Below are positions 26,960 through 34,391 of a DNA stretch of 39,875 bases, piece after piece. The notes beneath the pieces were generated by a model. It was not told where the DNA came from. It saw only the letters and a program-made list of their open reading frames with translations, and did no database searches. This DNA comes from Frankiales bacterium (lineage in GTDB: Bacteria; Actinomycetota; Actinomycetes; Mycobacteriales; SCTD01): the NCBI GenBank assembly GCA_043784245.1, contig JAYVYM010000227.1, positions 1 through 39,875 on the forward strand, read 5' to 3'. Position 1 is the first letter of the stretch. Every line of letters starts with the position of its first letter. The translations under genes and the position numbers were made by a program.

Positions 26960-27580
26960 GTGGACCTGGCGACAGTGCTCGCAGCGCACCTGCAGACCTT
27001 CGACGCTCGCCCCGAGCATGTCAGGGGCCAGCCCGAGGCCGCACACGACATGACGGACTTCGCCGCGGGGCTCTCGAGCCTGCTGGGTGCCCTGCGCATC
27101 GGGGTCCCGTCCTGCCTGGCGGTGTCGATCCTGGACAGCCGACCGGCCGGCAACCTCACGATCACCGCCCCCGCAGCCGGCAGCTCATCGACGGTCGAGC
27201 CGGCCGTACGCGCCTCCCTGGCGGTGCGCCTGGCTGTCCCCGCACGCCCGGGGATGCTGCTGCTGCTGCAGGCTGCCGCCCCTGGGGCCTTCGTCGGGCT
27301 GGCCGGGGAGCTGGCGGGTCAGCTCGACAACGGCCGGGCGGCACTGCTGATGGATCGGCATCTCGTCCTGCGGCCGGACCCGGAAGGACAGCGGCTCGCG
27401 GTCGACCTGGCCGACCTGCGGGCAGTCGAGCAGGCGGTCGGCGCGCTGATCGGGCAGGGCCGACTGCCGGTGGTTGCCCGCCAGGAGCTGCTGGACCGGG
27501 CAGTGGAGGCGGAGCTGACCGTGCCGGCGCTGGCTCGGCAGTTCTTGGCGGCGTTGGCCTACCGGGCCCGTCCGGATTGA
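26960..27580 (+). CDS. ANTAR domain protein with divergent N-terminal sensor region
   Basis: The C-terminus LADLRAVEQAVGALIGQGRLPVVARQELLDRAVEAELTVPALARQFLAAL resembles ANTAR. GTG 26960 has an AGGAG RBS 8 nt upstream. G/C content at third codon positions rises sharply at this point. The track start at 26768 is probably too long. Confidence 0.6.
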   Translation: MDLATVLAAHLQTFDARPEHVRGQPEAAHDMTDFAAGLSSLLGALRIGVPSCLAVSILDSRPAGNLTITAPAAGSSSTVEPAVRASLAVRLAVPARPGMLLLLQAAAPGAFVGLAGELAGQLDNGRAALLMDRHLVLRPDPEGQRLAVDLADLRAVEQAVGALIGQGRLPVVARQELLDRAVEAELTVPALARQFLAALAYRARPD

Positions 27581-27716
27581 CAGAAAACCCCGCCGACGCG
27601 CAACCTTGAGTTGCTGAGTGCCAGCCAGTCCGGAACGGCAGTGCCGCGAGAGCCGCGCCGCCGGAGCGCATCAGCTCACCGCCGGACGCACCCTTGACCT
27701 GTTCTTGAGGGCATCC

Positions 27717-28613
27717 ATGAGCACCGTACTTCCCGTTCTTGCCGTCATTGCCGTCTTCCTGCTGCTCGCTCTCGCGGTCTCGGTGCGGATCATCAAGCAG
27801 TACGAGCAGGGCATCCTGTTCCGCTTCGGCCGGGTCATCGGCGTCCGCCAACCCGGGCTGCGCCTGATCATCCCGCTCGTCGACGTGCTGCACAGGGTGT
27901 CGCTGCGGATCGTCACGATGCCGATCCAGTCGCAGGGGATCATCACCCGAGACAACGTGAGCGTCGACGTCTCCGCTGTCGCCTACTTCCGGGTCGTCGA
28001 CGCCACCAAGGCCGTGGTGGCCATCGAGAACGTGTACGCGGCGATCGACCAGATCGCGCAGACCACGCTGCGCAAGGAGGTCGGGCAGCACACCTTGGAC
28101 GAGACGCTGTCCGAGACGGACTCCATCAACCTCGAGATCCGTAAGATCCTGGACATCAACACCGAGGAGTGGGGCGTCCAGGTCACGCTGGTCGAGCTCA
28201 AGGACATCCAGCTGCCGGACAGCATGAAGCGGGCGATGGCCCGGCAGGCGGAGGCGGAGCGCGAGAAGCGCGCGAAGATCATCAATGCTGAGGGTGAGTC
28301 GCTGGCCGCCGAGGCGCTCGGCGTCGCCTCCGACATCATGATGGCGCACCCGCTCGCCCTCCAGCTGCGCAACCTGCAGAGCCTGGTGGAGATCGGCGTG
28401 GACAAGAACACCACTGTCGTATTCCCGGCCCCCCTGATGAGCACCATCGGCGAGCTCGGTGCGTTCATGGCCCGCGAGACCGCTGCGGCCAGCACTGCCG
28501 GCACGGCCGGCGCAGCACGTCCGGTGCCGGGGACGCAGGACGCCGGTACGCCGCCGGCGACAGCTACCGACGCCCCCAATGGCAGCGCCCCAGTGTTCCC
28601 GCTGCGCGGCTGA
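27717..28613 (+). CDS. SPFH/band 7 (stomatin-like, slipin) membrane protein
   Basis: N-terminal TM, then [18 protein letters not shown]...[10 protein letters not shown]...[18 protein letters not shown]...[17 protein letters not shown]...[17 protein letters not shown] 27717 follows a GAGGG RBS. Confidence 0.9.
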   Translation: MSTVLPVLAVIAVFLLLALAVSVRIIKQYEQGILFRFGRVIGVRQPGLRLIIPLVDVLHRVSLRIVTMPIQSQGIITRDNVSVDVSAVAYFRVVDATKAVVAIENVYAAIDQIAQTTLRKEVGQHTLDETLSETDSINLEIRKILDINTEEWGVQVTLVELKDIQLPDSMKRAMARQAEAEREKRAKIINAEGESLAAEALGVASDIMMAHPLALQLRNLQSLVEIGVDKNTTVVFPAPLMSTIGELGAFMARETAAASTAGTAGAARPVPGTQDAGTPPATATDAPNGSAPVFPLRG

Positions 28614-28663
28614 CCTCCTGAAAGTTCCCGAACTTGCCCCGCCAGACCGCTAGAGGAGTCCCG

Positions 28664-29155
28664 ATGGTCAGCCCGCTTCAACCCTCCGACGCGCCGTTCC
28701 GCGCCGCAGCGCTCACGGCCAAGCCGCAACACCTGCTGGCGACCTTCCCGACGTACGCCGGTGCCGAGCAGCTGGTCGACAAGCTGTCCGACAACGCTTT
28801 CCCGGTCGAGCACGTCCGGATCGTCGGCAACGGCCTGCGCTCGGTGGAGTACGTCACCGGTCGCCTCACCAGCGGTAGGGCCGCGCTGGCCGGCGCCGCC
28901 ACCGGCGCCTGGATCGGACTGCTGATCGGCATTCTGATCAACTTGTTCAGCGCGGGATCCACCTCGTTCGCGAATGTGCTCGGCAGCGTCATCATCGGTG
29001 CGTTCTGGTGGGCCCTGTTCGGCTACTTCGCCCACCGTGCCACCCACGGGCGCCGGGACTTTGCCAGCGTCAAGGGCGTGGAGGCCGAGCAGTACCAGGT
29101 CTACGTCGATGCCGACCAGGCCGACCAGGCGATCCGGCTCGGCGGCCTGCTGTAG
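28664..29155 (+). CDS. Membrane protein with YflT/general-stress-protein-like N-terminal domain
   Basis: LATFPTYAGAEQLVDKLSDNAFPVEHVRIVGNGLRSVEYVTGRLT is followed by two glycine-rich TM helices. ATG 28664 has a GAGGAG RBS 5 nt upstream. Confidence 0.7.
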   Translation: MVSPLQPSDAPFRAAALTAKPQHLLATFPTYAGAEQLVDKLSDNAFPVEHVRIVGNGLRSVEYVTGRLTSGRAALAGAATGAWIGLLIGILINLFSAGSTSFANVLGSVIIGAFWWALFGYFAHRATHGRRDFASVKGVEAEQYQVYVDADQADQAIRLGGLL

Positions 29156-29186
29156 CCACCGCAGATCGGCCGGCTGGTCGCCGGAC

Positions 29187-31832
29187 ATGACGACCGCGGC
29201 GCCCGCCCGCCCGGACCGATCCCTCACCGGCATCGTCGATGGCGCCAGCCTGACAGCTGACGAAGTACTCGCGGCCCTGGGCGTCAGTACCCACGGACTC
29301 AGCGGTCGTGACGTCGCGGAACGGCAGGCGCGATGGGGACCTAACGCGGTGGCCTCACACCACGCGCGGGTGCTGCCGGTGCTCTGGCACCAGTTGCGCT
29401 CGCCCTTGCTCGGCCTGCTGCTGATAGCCGCGGTGGCGTCGTACGCCGCCGGTGAGCGCAGCGCGGCGGTGATCATCGGGGTGATTGTCGCGCTGTCCGT
29501 GGGGCTGGGGTTCGTCAACGAGTACCGCGCCGAGAAGGCCGCCGAGGCGCTGCACTCCTCCATCAGCCACGAGGTCGTGGTCGTTCGCGACGGGGCTCCG
29601 GTGGCGGTGGACGTCACGACGCTGGTCCCCGGTGACCTCGTCGAGCTCCAGCTCGGCAACATCGTGCCGGCCGACCTGCGGCTGCTCCAGGTTGCCGGGC
29701 TCGAGTGCGACGAGTCGGTCCTGACCGGTGAGTCGCTGCCCGTCGCCAAGGACGTGGAGCCGGTGCCCGCGAGGACGGCGCTCGCCGAGCTGACCGGGTG
29801 CGCGCTGATGGGGACCGTCGTGCACAGCGGCAGCGGCAGCGGGGTCGTCGTGACCACCGGGGCCCGGACCGAGTTCGGGAAGATCGCCGCCGGACTCGAC
29901 ACCCACCCTCTGGACACCGAGTTCCAGGTCGGGCTGCGGCGGTTCTCGATGCTGCTGGTGTACGTGGGTGGCGCCCTCACGTCCGCGATCTTCTTGATCA
30001 ATGTGGTGCTGCACAAGCCGGTCCTGGACGCCCTGCTGTTCTCTCTCGCGATCGCCGTCGGCATCACGCCGCAGCTGCTACCGGCGGTGGTGTCCACCAG
30101 CCTGGCCGCGGGCTCCCGGCGGATGCGGCAACGCAAGGTGCTGGTCAAGCGGCTGGTCTGCATCGAGGACCTCGGCGACGTCGACGTGCTGTTCACCGAC
30201 AAGACCGGCACGTTGACGGTCGGCCGAATTGACTTCACCCGCGCCACAGCCACTGGTAGCGACCCTGAGGACTCGGCTGCTGTGCTGCGCTGGGGGTTGC
30301 TCAGCACCGAGAACGCGAGTGGCCCGGCCGGTCATGGCGTCGGTGGTAACCCGCTCGACCAGGCCCTGTGGCTGGCCCCGGCAGCCAGTCGCGAGCACGA
30401 GGCTCTGTCGGCGTACACCAGGCTGGGGGTGCTGCCCTTCGACCACGACCGCGCGATGGTCTCGGTCCTGGTGCGCGACGCGGCCGGGCAGCTGACCCTG
30501 GTCACCAAGGGCGCCCCGGAGAATGTGCTCGAGCGCTGCCTCGACGTGCCGGCCGGCGCCCGCACGGAGCTCGCGGCCCAGTTCGCAGCCGGCAACCGGG
30601 TTGTCGCCGTCGCGACCCGATCGGTCGCCGATCCTCGCGCTCCCTGCGCAGCCGATGAGCAAGGCCTGCACCTGCAGGGACTGCTGGTGTTCCTGGATCC
30701 GCCGAAGACCGACGCCGCTCAGGCGTTGCGCCGGCTCGCCGAGCTGGGGATCTCGGTGAAGGTCGTCACCGGCGACAACCCGGCGGTCGCCGTCAAGGTA
30801 TGCGCCGACCTGGGGCTGGGGGTGGGCGAAGCCGCGCTGACCGGGGCCGATCTGGACGAGCTCGACGACACCCGGCTCGCCGCCGAGATCGCCCGAACCA
30901 CGGTGTTCGCCCGGGTGACTCCCGAGCACAAGGCGCGCATTGTCGCCGTCCAGCGCCGGACCGGTGGCGGTGTCGCGTTCCTCGGCGACGGCGTCAACGA
31001 TGCGCTCGCGCTGCATGCGGCCGACGTCGGGATCTCGGTCGACACCGCCACCGATGTCGCGAAAGACGCCGCCGACGTGATCCTGCTGGAGACGGACCTG
31101 GATGTGCTCGCCGACGGGGTCGTCGAGGGCCGCCGGATCTTCGCCAACACCATCAAGTACGTGCTGATGGGCACCTCGAGCAACTTCGGCAACATGTTCT
31201 CCGCCGCCGGCGCCTCGCTGTTCCTCAGCTTCCTGCCGATGCTGCCGTCGCAAATCCTGCTCAACAACCTGCTGTACGACACCAGCCAGCTCGCCATTCC
31301 GACCGACAACGTCGATGCGGCGCAGCTTCGCAAGCCCTCGCACTGGGACATTGCGTTCATCCGCAGGTTCATGCTGTACTTCGGTCCGCTCAGCTCGGTG
31401 TTCGACTTCGTGACCTTCGGCGTCATGCTGTACGTGTTCCACTCCGGCCCGGCGCAGTTTCGCTCCGGCTGGTTCGTCGAGTCGCTCGCCACCCAGACGC
31501 TGGTGATCTTCGCGATCCGGACTCGGCGGATCCCGTTCTTCCGCAGCCACCCGAGCCTGCCGTTGACGCTGTCCGCACTGGCCGTCGTCATCGTCGGTGC
31601 GTTGCTGCCGGCCACCCCGCTGGCGCACACCCTGGGCTTCCAGCCCTTGCCAGTGGCCTTTTTCGCCGCGCTGGCCGGGATGGTCGTCTGCTACCTCGCG
31701 CTGATCGAAGGTGGCAAGCGGCTGTTCTACGGCGCGGCTGCGGGTCCTGCCCCGACCCGGCGCGCGTACAGCCGACGCCGGCATCTGCGTCGCCGAGCTG
31801 CCTACTTCAGTACCGGCGCACCGGCCGCATAG
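29187..31832 (+). CDS. mgtA: Magnesium-translocating P-type ATPase (P3B, MgtA-type)
   Basis: [61 protein letters not shown], and the MgtA-specific IKYVLMGTSSNFGNMFS...FLPMLPSQILLNNLLYDTSQLAIPTDNVD. I chose ATG 29187. The track start at 28974 overlaps the upstream gene. Confidence 0.9.
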   Translation: MTTAAPARPDRSLTGIVDGASLTADEVLAALGVSTHGLSGRDVAERQARWGPNAVASHHARVLPVLWHQLRSPLLGLLLIAAVASYAAGERSAAVIIGVIVALSVGLGFVNEYRAEKAAEALHSSISHEVVVVRDGAPVAVDVTTLVPGDLVELQLGNIVPADLRLLQVAGLECDESVLTGESLPVAKDVEPVPARTALAELTGCALMGTVVHSGSGSGVVVTTGARTEFGKIAAGLDTHPLDTEFQVGLRRFSMLLVYVGGALTSAIFLINVVLHKPVLDALLFSLAIAVGITPQLLPAVVSTSLAAGSRRMRQRKVLVKRLVCIEDLGDVDVLFTDKTGTLTVGRIDFTRATATGSDPEDSAAVLRWGLLSTENASGPAGHGVGGNPLDQALWLAPAASREHEALSAYTRLGVLPFDHDRAMVSVLVRDAAGQLTLVTKGAPENVLERCLDVPAGARTELAAQFAAGNRVVAVATRSVADPRAPCAADEQGLHLQGLLVFLDPPKTDAAQALRRLAELGISVKVVTGDNPAVAVKVCADLGLGVGEAALTGADLDELDDTRLAAEIARTTVFARVTPEHKARIVAVQRRTGGGVAFLGDGVNDALALHAADVGISVDTATDVAKDAADVILLETDLDVLADGVVEGRRIFANTIKYVLMGTSSNFGNMFSAAGASLFLSFLPMLPSQILLNNLLYDTSQLAIPTDNVDAAQLRKPSHWDIAFIRRFMLYFGPLSSVFDFVTFGVMLYVFHSGPAQFRSGWFVESLATQTLVIFAIRTRRIPFFRSHPSLPLTLSALAVVIVGALLPATPLAHTLGFQPLPVAFFAALAGMVVCYLALIEGGKRLFYGAAAGPAPTRRAYSRRRHLRRRAAYFSTGAPAA

Positions 31833-32055
31833 TTGACAGCAGCCGCGGTTACCCGCAAGGTGAGCCGGCTGGGATCATCAGCTGGTCCGTGACGGTGGCG
31901 CTGCGCAAGTCGCGCCGCCGCGAGCGAGTCGCTCGGTGTCGGACGCGAATGGCGACAACGATCCGGTCTGCGTATTCCTGCGGCCGGTGTATCCATTGCC
32001 TGCGGGCGGGCCAGCGGCAGCAGCCGGGATGCCCACGCGCCATTCAGGAGGTCTT

Positions 32056-32235
32056 GTGATCGATCAGTTGTGGGGACCCGTTTTCAACCTGGTCGGTGAC
32101 GGGGGCTACCGCGCGTTGACCTTCGGCGACTGGTTCGTCATGAAGTACTCCAATGTCGTCATGTTCGTCGTCGTCGCGGCAGTGTTTGTCATTGGCGCGT
32201 TCGTCAACCTCCCCGGGAGCGAGGTGGAGCAGTGA
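32056..32235 (+). CDS. Small single-pass membrane protein (59 aa), first gene of the cytochrome b-like operon
   Basis: GTG 32056 has an AGGAGG RBS 4 nt upstream. Product: VIDQLWGPVFNLVGDGGYRALTFGDWFVMKYSNVVMFVVVAAVFVIGAFVNLPGSEVEQ. The stop overlaps the next gene's start (GTGA). Confidence 0.5.
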   Translation: MIDQLWGPVFNLVGDGGYRALTFGDWFVMKYSNVVMFVVVAAVFVIGAFVNLPGSEVEQ

Positions 32236-33011
32236 GCTCGGACGTGCGCGCTGCGGACTCGGTGACCGCGGTCGACGGGCGCGAGGCGTTCTCCTGGACG
32301 ACGCCGTCGCCGTGGGCGCGCAGCCTGCTGGTGCGCAACCTTCCGCTGCGGCGACTGCTCCCGGACCGGGAGCCCTCTTATGTCTCCTCGATGCTGTACA
32401 CGATGGGTGTCCTGACGCTGGGGTCGCTGCTCGTCGTCATCGTCAGTGGGGTCGTCCTCGCGGTGGGTGGCGTGCAGTGGTGGCACACCAGCACCCTCGG
32501 CGCGAGTGTCAACAGCGTCCACTTCTGGGGTGTCCAGGCCTTCTTCCTTTTCATGGCGGTGCACGCCTTGGCCAGCTACTTCACGATGGCGTGGCGCGGT
32601 GGCCGGGGCTTCACCTGGGTCACCGGGGTGCTGGCCTTCCTGCTCTCTGTCGTCACGTCCTTCACGGGTTTCCTGATGATGACCAACTGGGACGGCCAGT
32701 ATGTGGCGCAGCAGGCCAAGGACGCCTTCAACGCCATGGGTATCGGCGCCATCTGGAACGTCATGGACGTCGGCCAGCAGTTCACCCTGCATGTTGTCGT
32801 GACCTCCGGCCTGCTCGGCTTCATCGTGCTCATCCATCTTGGCCAGATCCGCCGCCGTGGGGTCGCCCCGCCGCCCGGGGCCGAGTACCTGGAGGTCGCG
32901 GACGACACTCCTGCGGTGCGGCTAGACACGACGGCCCCGGTAGCCGCGCAGGGGGTCCCTGCGCAGCCGACCGGGTCGCAGCCGGTGACGGTCCCGGGCG
33001 GCTCGCGATGA
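32232..33011 (+). CDS. Cytochrome b/b6 N-terminal-domain protein (di-haem, 4 TM)
   Basis: The helix B-like segment SVHFWGVQAFFLFMAVH has H-x13-H. TWVTGVLAFLLSVVTSFTGF is conserved. The helix D-like segment LHVVVTSGLLGFIVLIH has H-x14-H (b6/Firmicute-type spacing). GTG start is preceded by GAGGTGGAG. Confidence 0.8.
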   Translation: MSSDVRAADSVTAVDGREAFSWTTPSPWARSLLVRNLPLRRLLPDREPSYVSSMLYTMGVLTLGSLLVVIVSGVVLAVGGVQWWHTSTLGASVNSVHFWGVQAFFLFMAVHALASYFTMAWRGGRGFTWVTGVLAFLLSVVTSFTGFLMMTNWDGQYVAQQAKDAFNAMGIGAIWNVMDVGQQFTLHVVVTSGLLGFIVLIHLGQIRRRGVAPPPGAEYLEVADDTPAVRLDTTAPVAAQGVPAQPTGSQPVTVPGGSR

Positions 33012-34093
33012 CGCGCCTGCGCAGACACCCGCTGCGGCACTGGACCGGTCCCGAGCGGAAGTACGACCTGCTGTTCGAGGGCACCGTCGCCGTGCTGGTC
33101 GTCGCGGTCCTGGTCGTGACCGCCTCGATCCTGTTCGGTTCGCCGAACGGCGGCCTGCAGTACCCCGGGGGCCCCCCGTCCACGCCGGGAGCCGCGTTCA
33201 CCGCGCAGTACTGGGTCACCTCGCCGACCACGGACGACAAGGGTGTCAGCGACCCGAACGGTGGCGCGATGGACTTCGCCGCCACCGTGGTCACCGAGCT
33301 CGACGGGTCCTCGGCCACTGCGACCTACGGGCCGCCGTTCAACACGACCGCCGGCGCCTCACAGCACATCGGTCGGGTGTCGCTGGCCGGCATCGCGCAC
33401 AGCCTGTTCGGCCTGACACAGCCGATCAACACCGCCAGCGATTTCGTGCTGGCGCCGCTCGGTCGCACCGTCGCCCCCTATGACCCGGCGGTGGCTGACG
33501 CGCTGACGCAGTACCAGGCTGCCGGGGGGAGCGTGGCGGGCGGTGTCGCCGCCGATGCGCTGGTCTCCGACCAGCAGGCGACCTGGCTCAAGACCTATAC
33601 CGACGCCCTCGGCAAGGGGTCGGTCGACAACGCGAAGATCGACGTGGCGCCCGGCGACTACGGTCCGGTCGCGACGCTCGTCCAGGCTGAGCTGACGATG
33701 GCGCGGAACGGCTCGCTGGACGGCTTTCTGAGCAGCAGCGGTACGCAGATCACGACCAACCCGTACAAGGCCACGATGTTCTACAGCGACGGAAACGTCT
33801 GGAGCACGGTTGCGGCGGGCCAGGGCCTGACCGGCGACCAGTGGGGCGTCATGAACGAGCTGTGGAACTACCCGGGCCAGTTCTGGCTGATCCTGTACGC
33901 CATCCCGTACCACATCCCGTTGATCGTTGGCTCTGCGGCGGCCGACCTGTGGGTGGGCACCCTTATTGTCATCGTCGGCATGCTGTTGCAGCTTGCGCTG
34001 CCCTGGATCCCCGGCCTGCGCGACATCCCGCGGCTCGTGCCGTTCTACAAGGTGATTTATCGCAAGTACTACCGGGCCGCCAAGCAGCGCTGA
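33008..34093 (+). CDS. Membrane protein, possibly cytochrome b C-terminal/subunit IV-like, with a large extracytoplasmic insertion
   Basis: The ATG overlaps the upstream stop (ATGA). N-terminal TM (KYDLLFEGTVAVLVVAVLVV), a ~270-aa Cys-free soluble region, then TMs beginning NYPGQFWLILYAIPYHIP (position and pattern reminiscent of PEWYF...IP). The track ORF 32153..34093 is real only over its last 361 aa. Confidence 0.7.
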   Translation: MTRLRRHPLRHWTGPERKYDLLFEGTVAVLVVAVLVVTASILFGSPNGGLQYPGGPPSTPGAAFTAQYWVTSPTTDDKGVSDPNGGAMDFAATVVTELDGSSATATYGPPFNTTAGASQHIGRVSLAGIAHSLFGLTQPINTASDFVLAPLGRTVAPYDPAVADALTQYQAAGGSVAGGVAADALVSDQQATWLKTYTDALGKGSVDNAKIDVAPGDYGPVATLVQAELTMARNGSLDGFLSSSGTQITTNPYKATMFYSDGNVWSTVAAGQGLTGDQWGVMNELWNYPGQFWLILYAIPYHIPLIVGSAAADLWVGTLIVIVGMLLQLALPWIPGLRDIPRLVPFYKVIYRKYYRAAKQR

Positions 34094-34124
34094 ACACCTC
34101 TGCAGAACGAGTGCCAGCTGCCCG

Positions 34125-34361
34125 ATGCAGCAGGACTGCAGGCACGTCGCCGCGGTCCTGCTCACCGGCGGTGGCTCGCCCGGAGCGGCCCGCCGGCTCC
34201 CCCAGCTCCTGGTCTACCGGCTGGTCGCGACCGGCACGATCGGGGAGAAGGTCGTCGCGCTGCTGCAGCGCAGGCGCGATCTGTTCCCCCGGGTGGTGGA
34301 CGACGGGGCGCTGACCAGCACCGCCCTGACTGCAGACGGTAGCCGTCGGCTGTTCACCTGA
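34125..34361 (+). pseudogene. C-terminal remnant of an SNF2-family helicase
   Basis: LLVYRLVATGTIGEKVVALLQRRRDLFPRVVDDGALTSTALTADGSRRLFT matches the extreme C-terminus of SNF2/RapA-type helicases (VYRLVA-GTIEEKV-ALQ-RK--LF). No helicase motifs lie upstream, because the preceding gene ends at 34093. Confidence 0.6.
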
Positions 34362-34391
34362 GCGACCCCCCGCGGGCCGACGACGGTGAGC

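Noticed and set aside
29156-29186. M-box riboswitch or mgtL-type leader in front of mgtA.
   Set aside because: Only 31 nt separate mgtA from the upstream gene. The 136-nt spacer upstream of the SPFH gene (27581..27716) shows no M-box-like conserved core that I can recognise.
27983-30307. Very long alternate-strand or alternate-frame ORFs. Examples: 27983..30307, 1206..2792, 4908..6485, 6633..8108, 8127..9470, 11809..13671, 18383..19702, 30078..31784, 37809..39359.
   Set aside because: They lie opposite or out of frame to genes with unmistakable enzyme motifs. Their products are Arg/Pro/Gly/Ala-rich low-complexity strings, and the G/C bias sits in the wrong codon position. They are the expected stop-codon-poor artefacts of very GC-rich DNA.
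31833-31838. TTGACA hexamers as -35 promoter elements: 31833..31838 on the plus strand after mgtA, and 13947..13952 on the minus strand after the GNAT gene.
   Set aside because: No acceptable -10 (TANNNT) lies at 16-19 nt spacing in either case. An isolated hexamer is not sufficient evidence.
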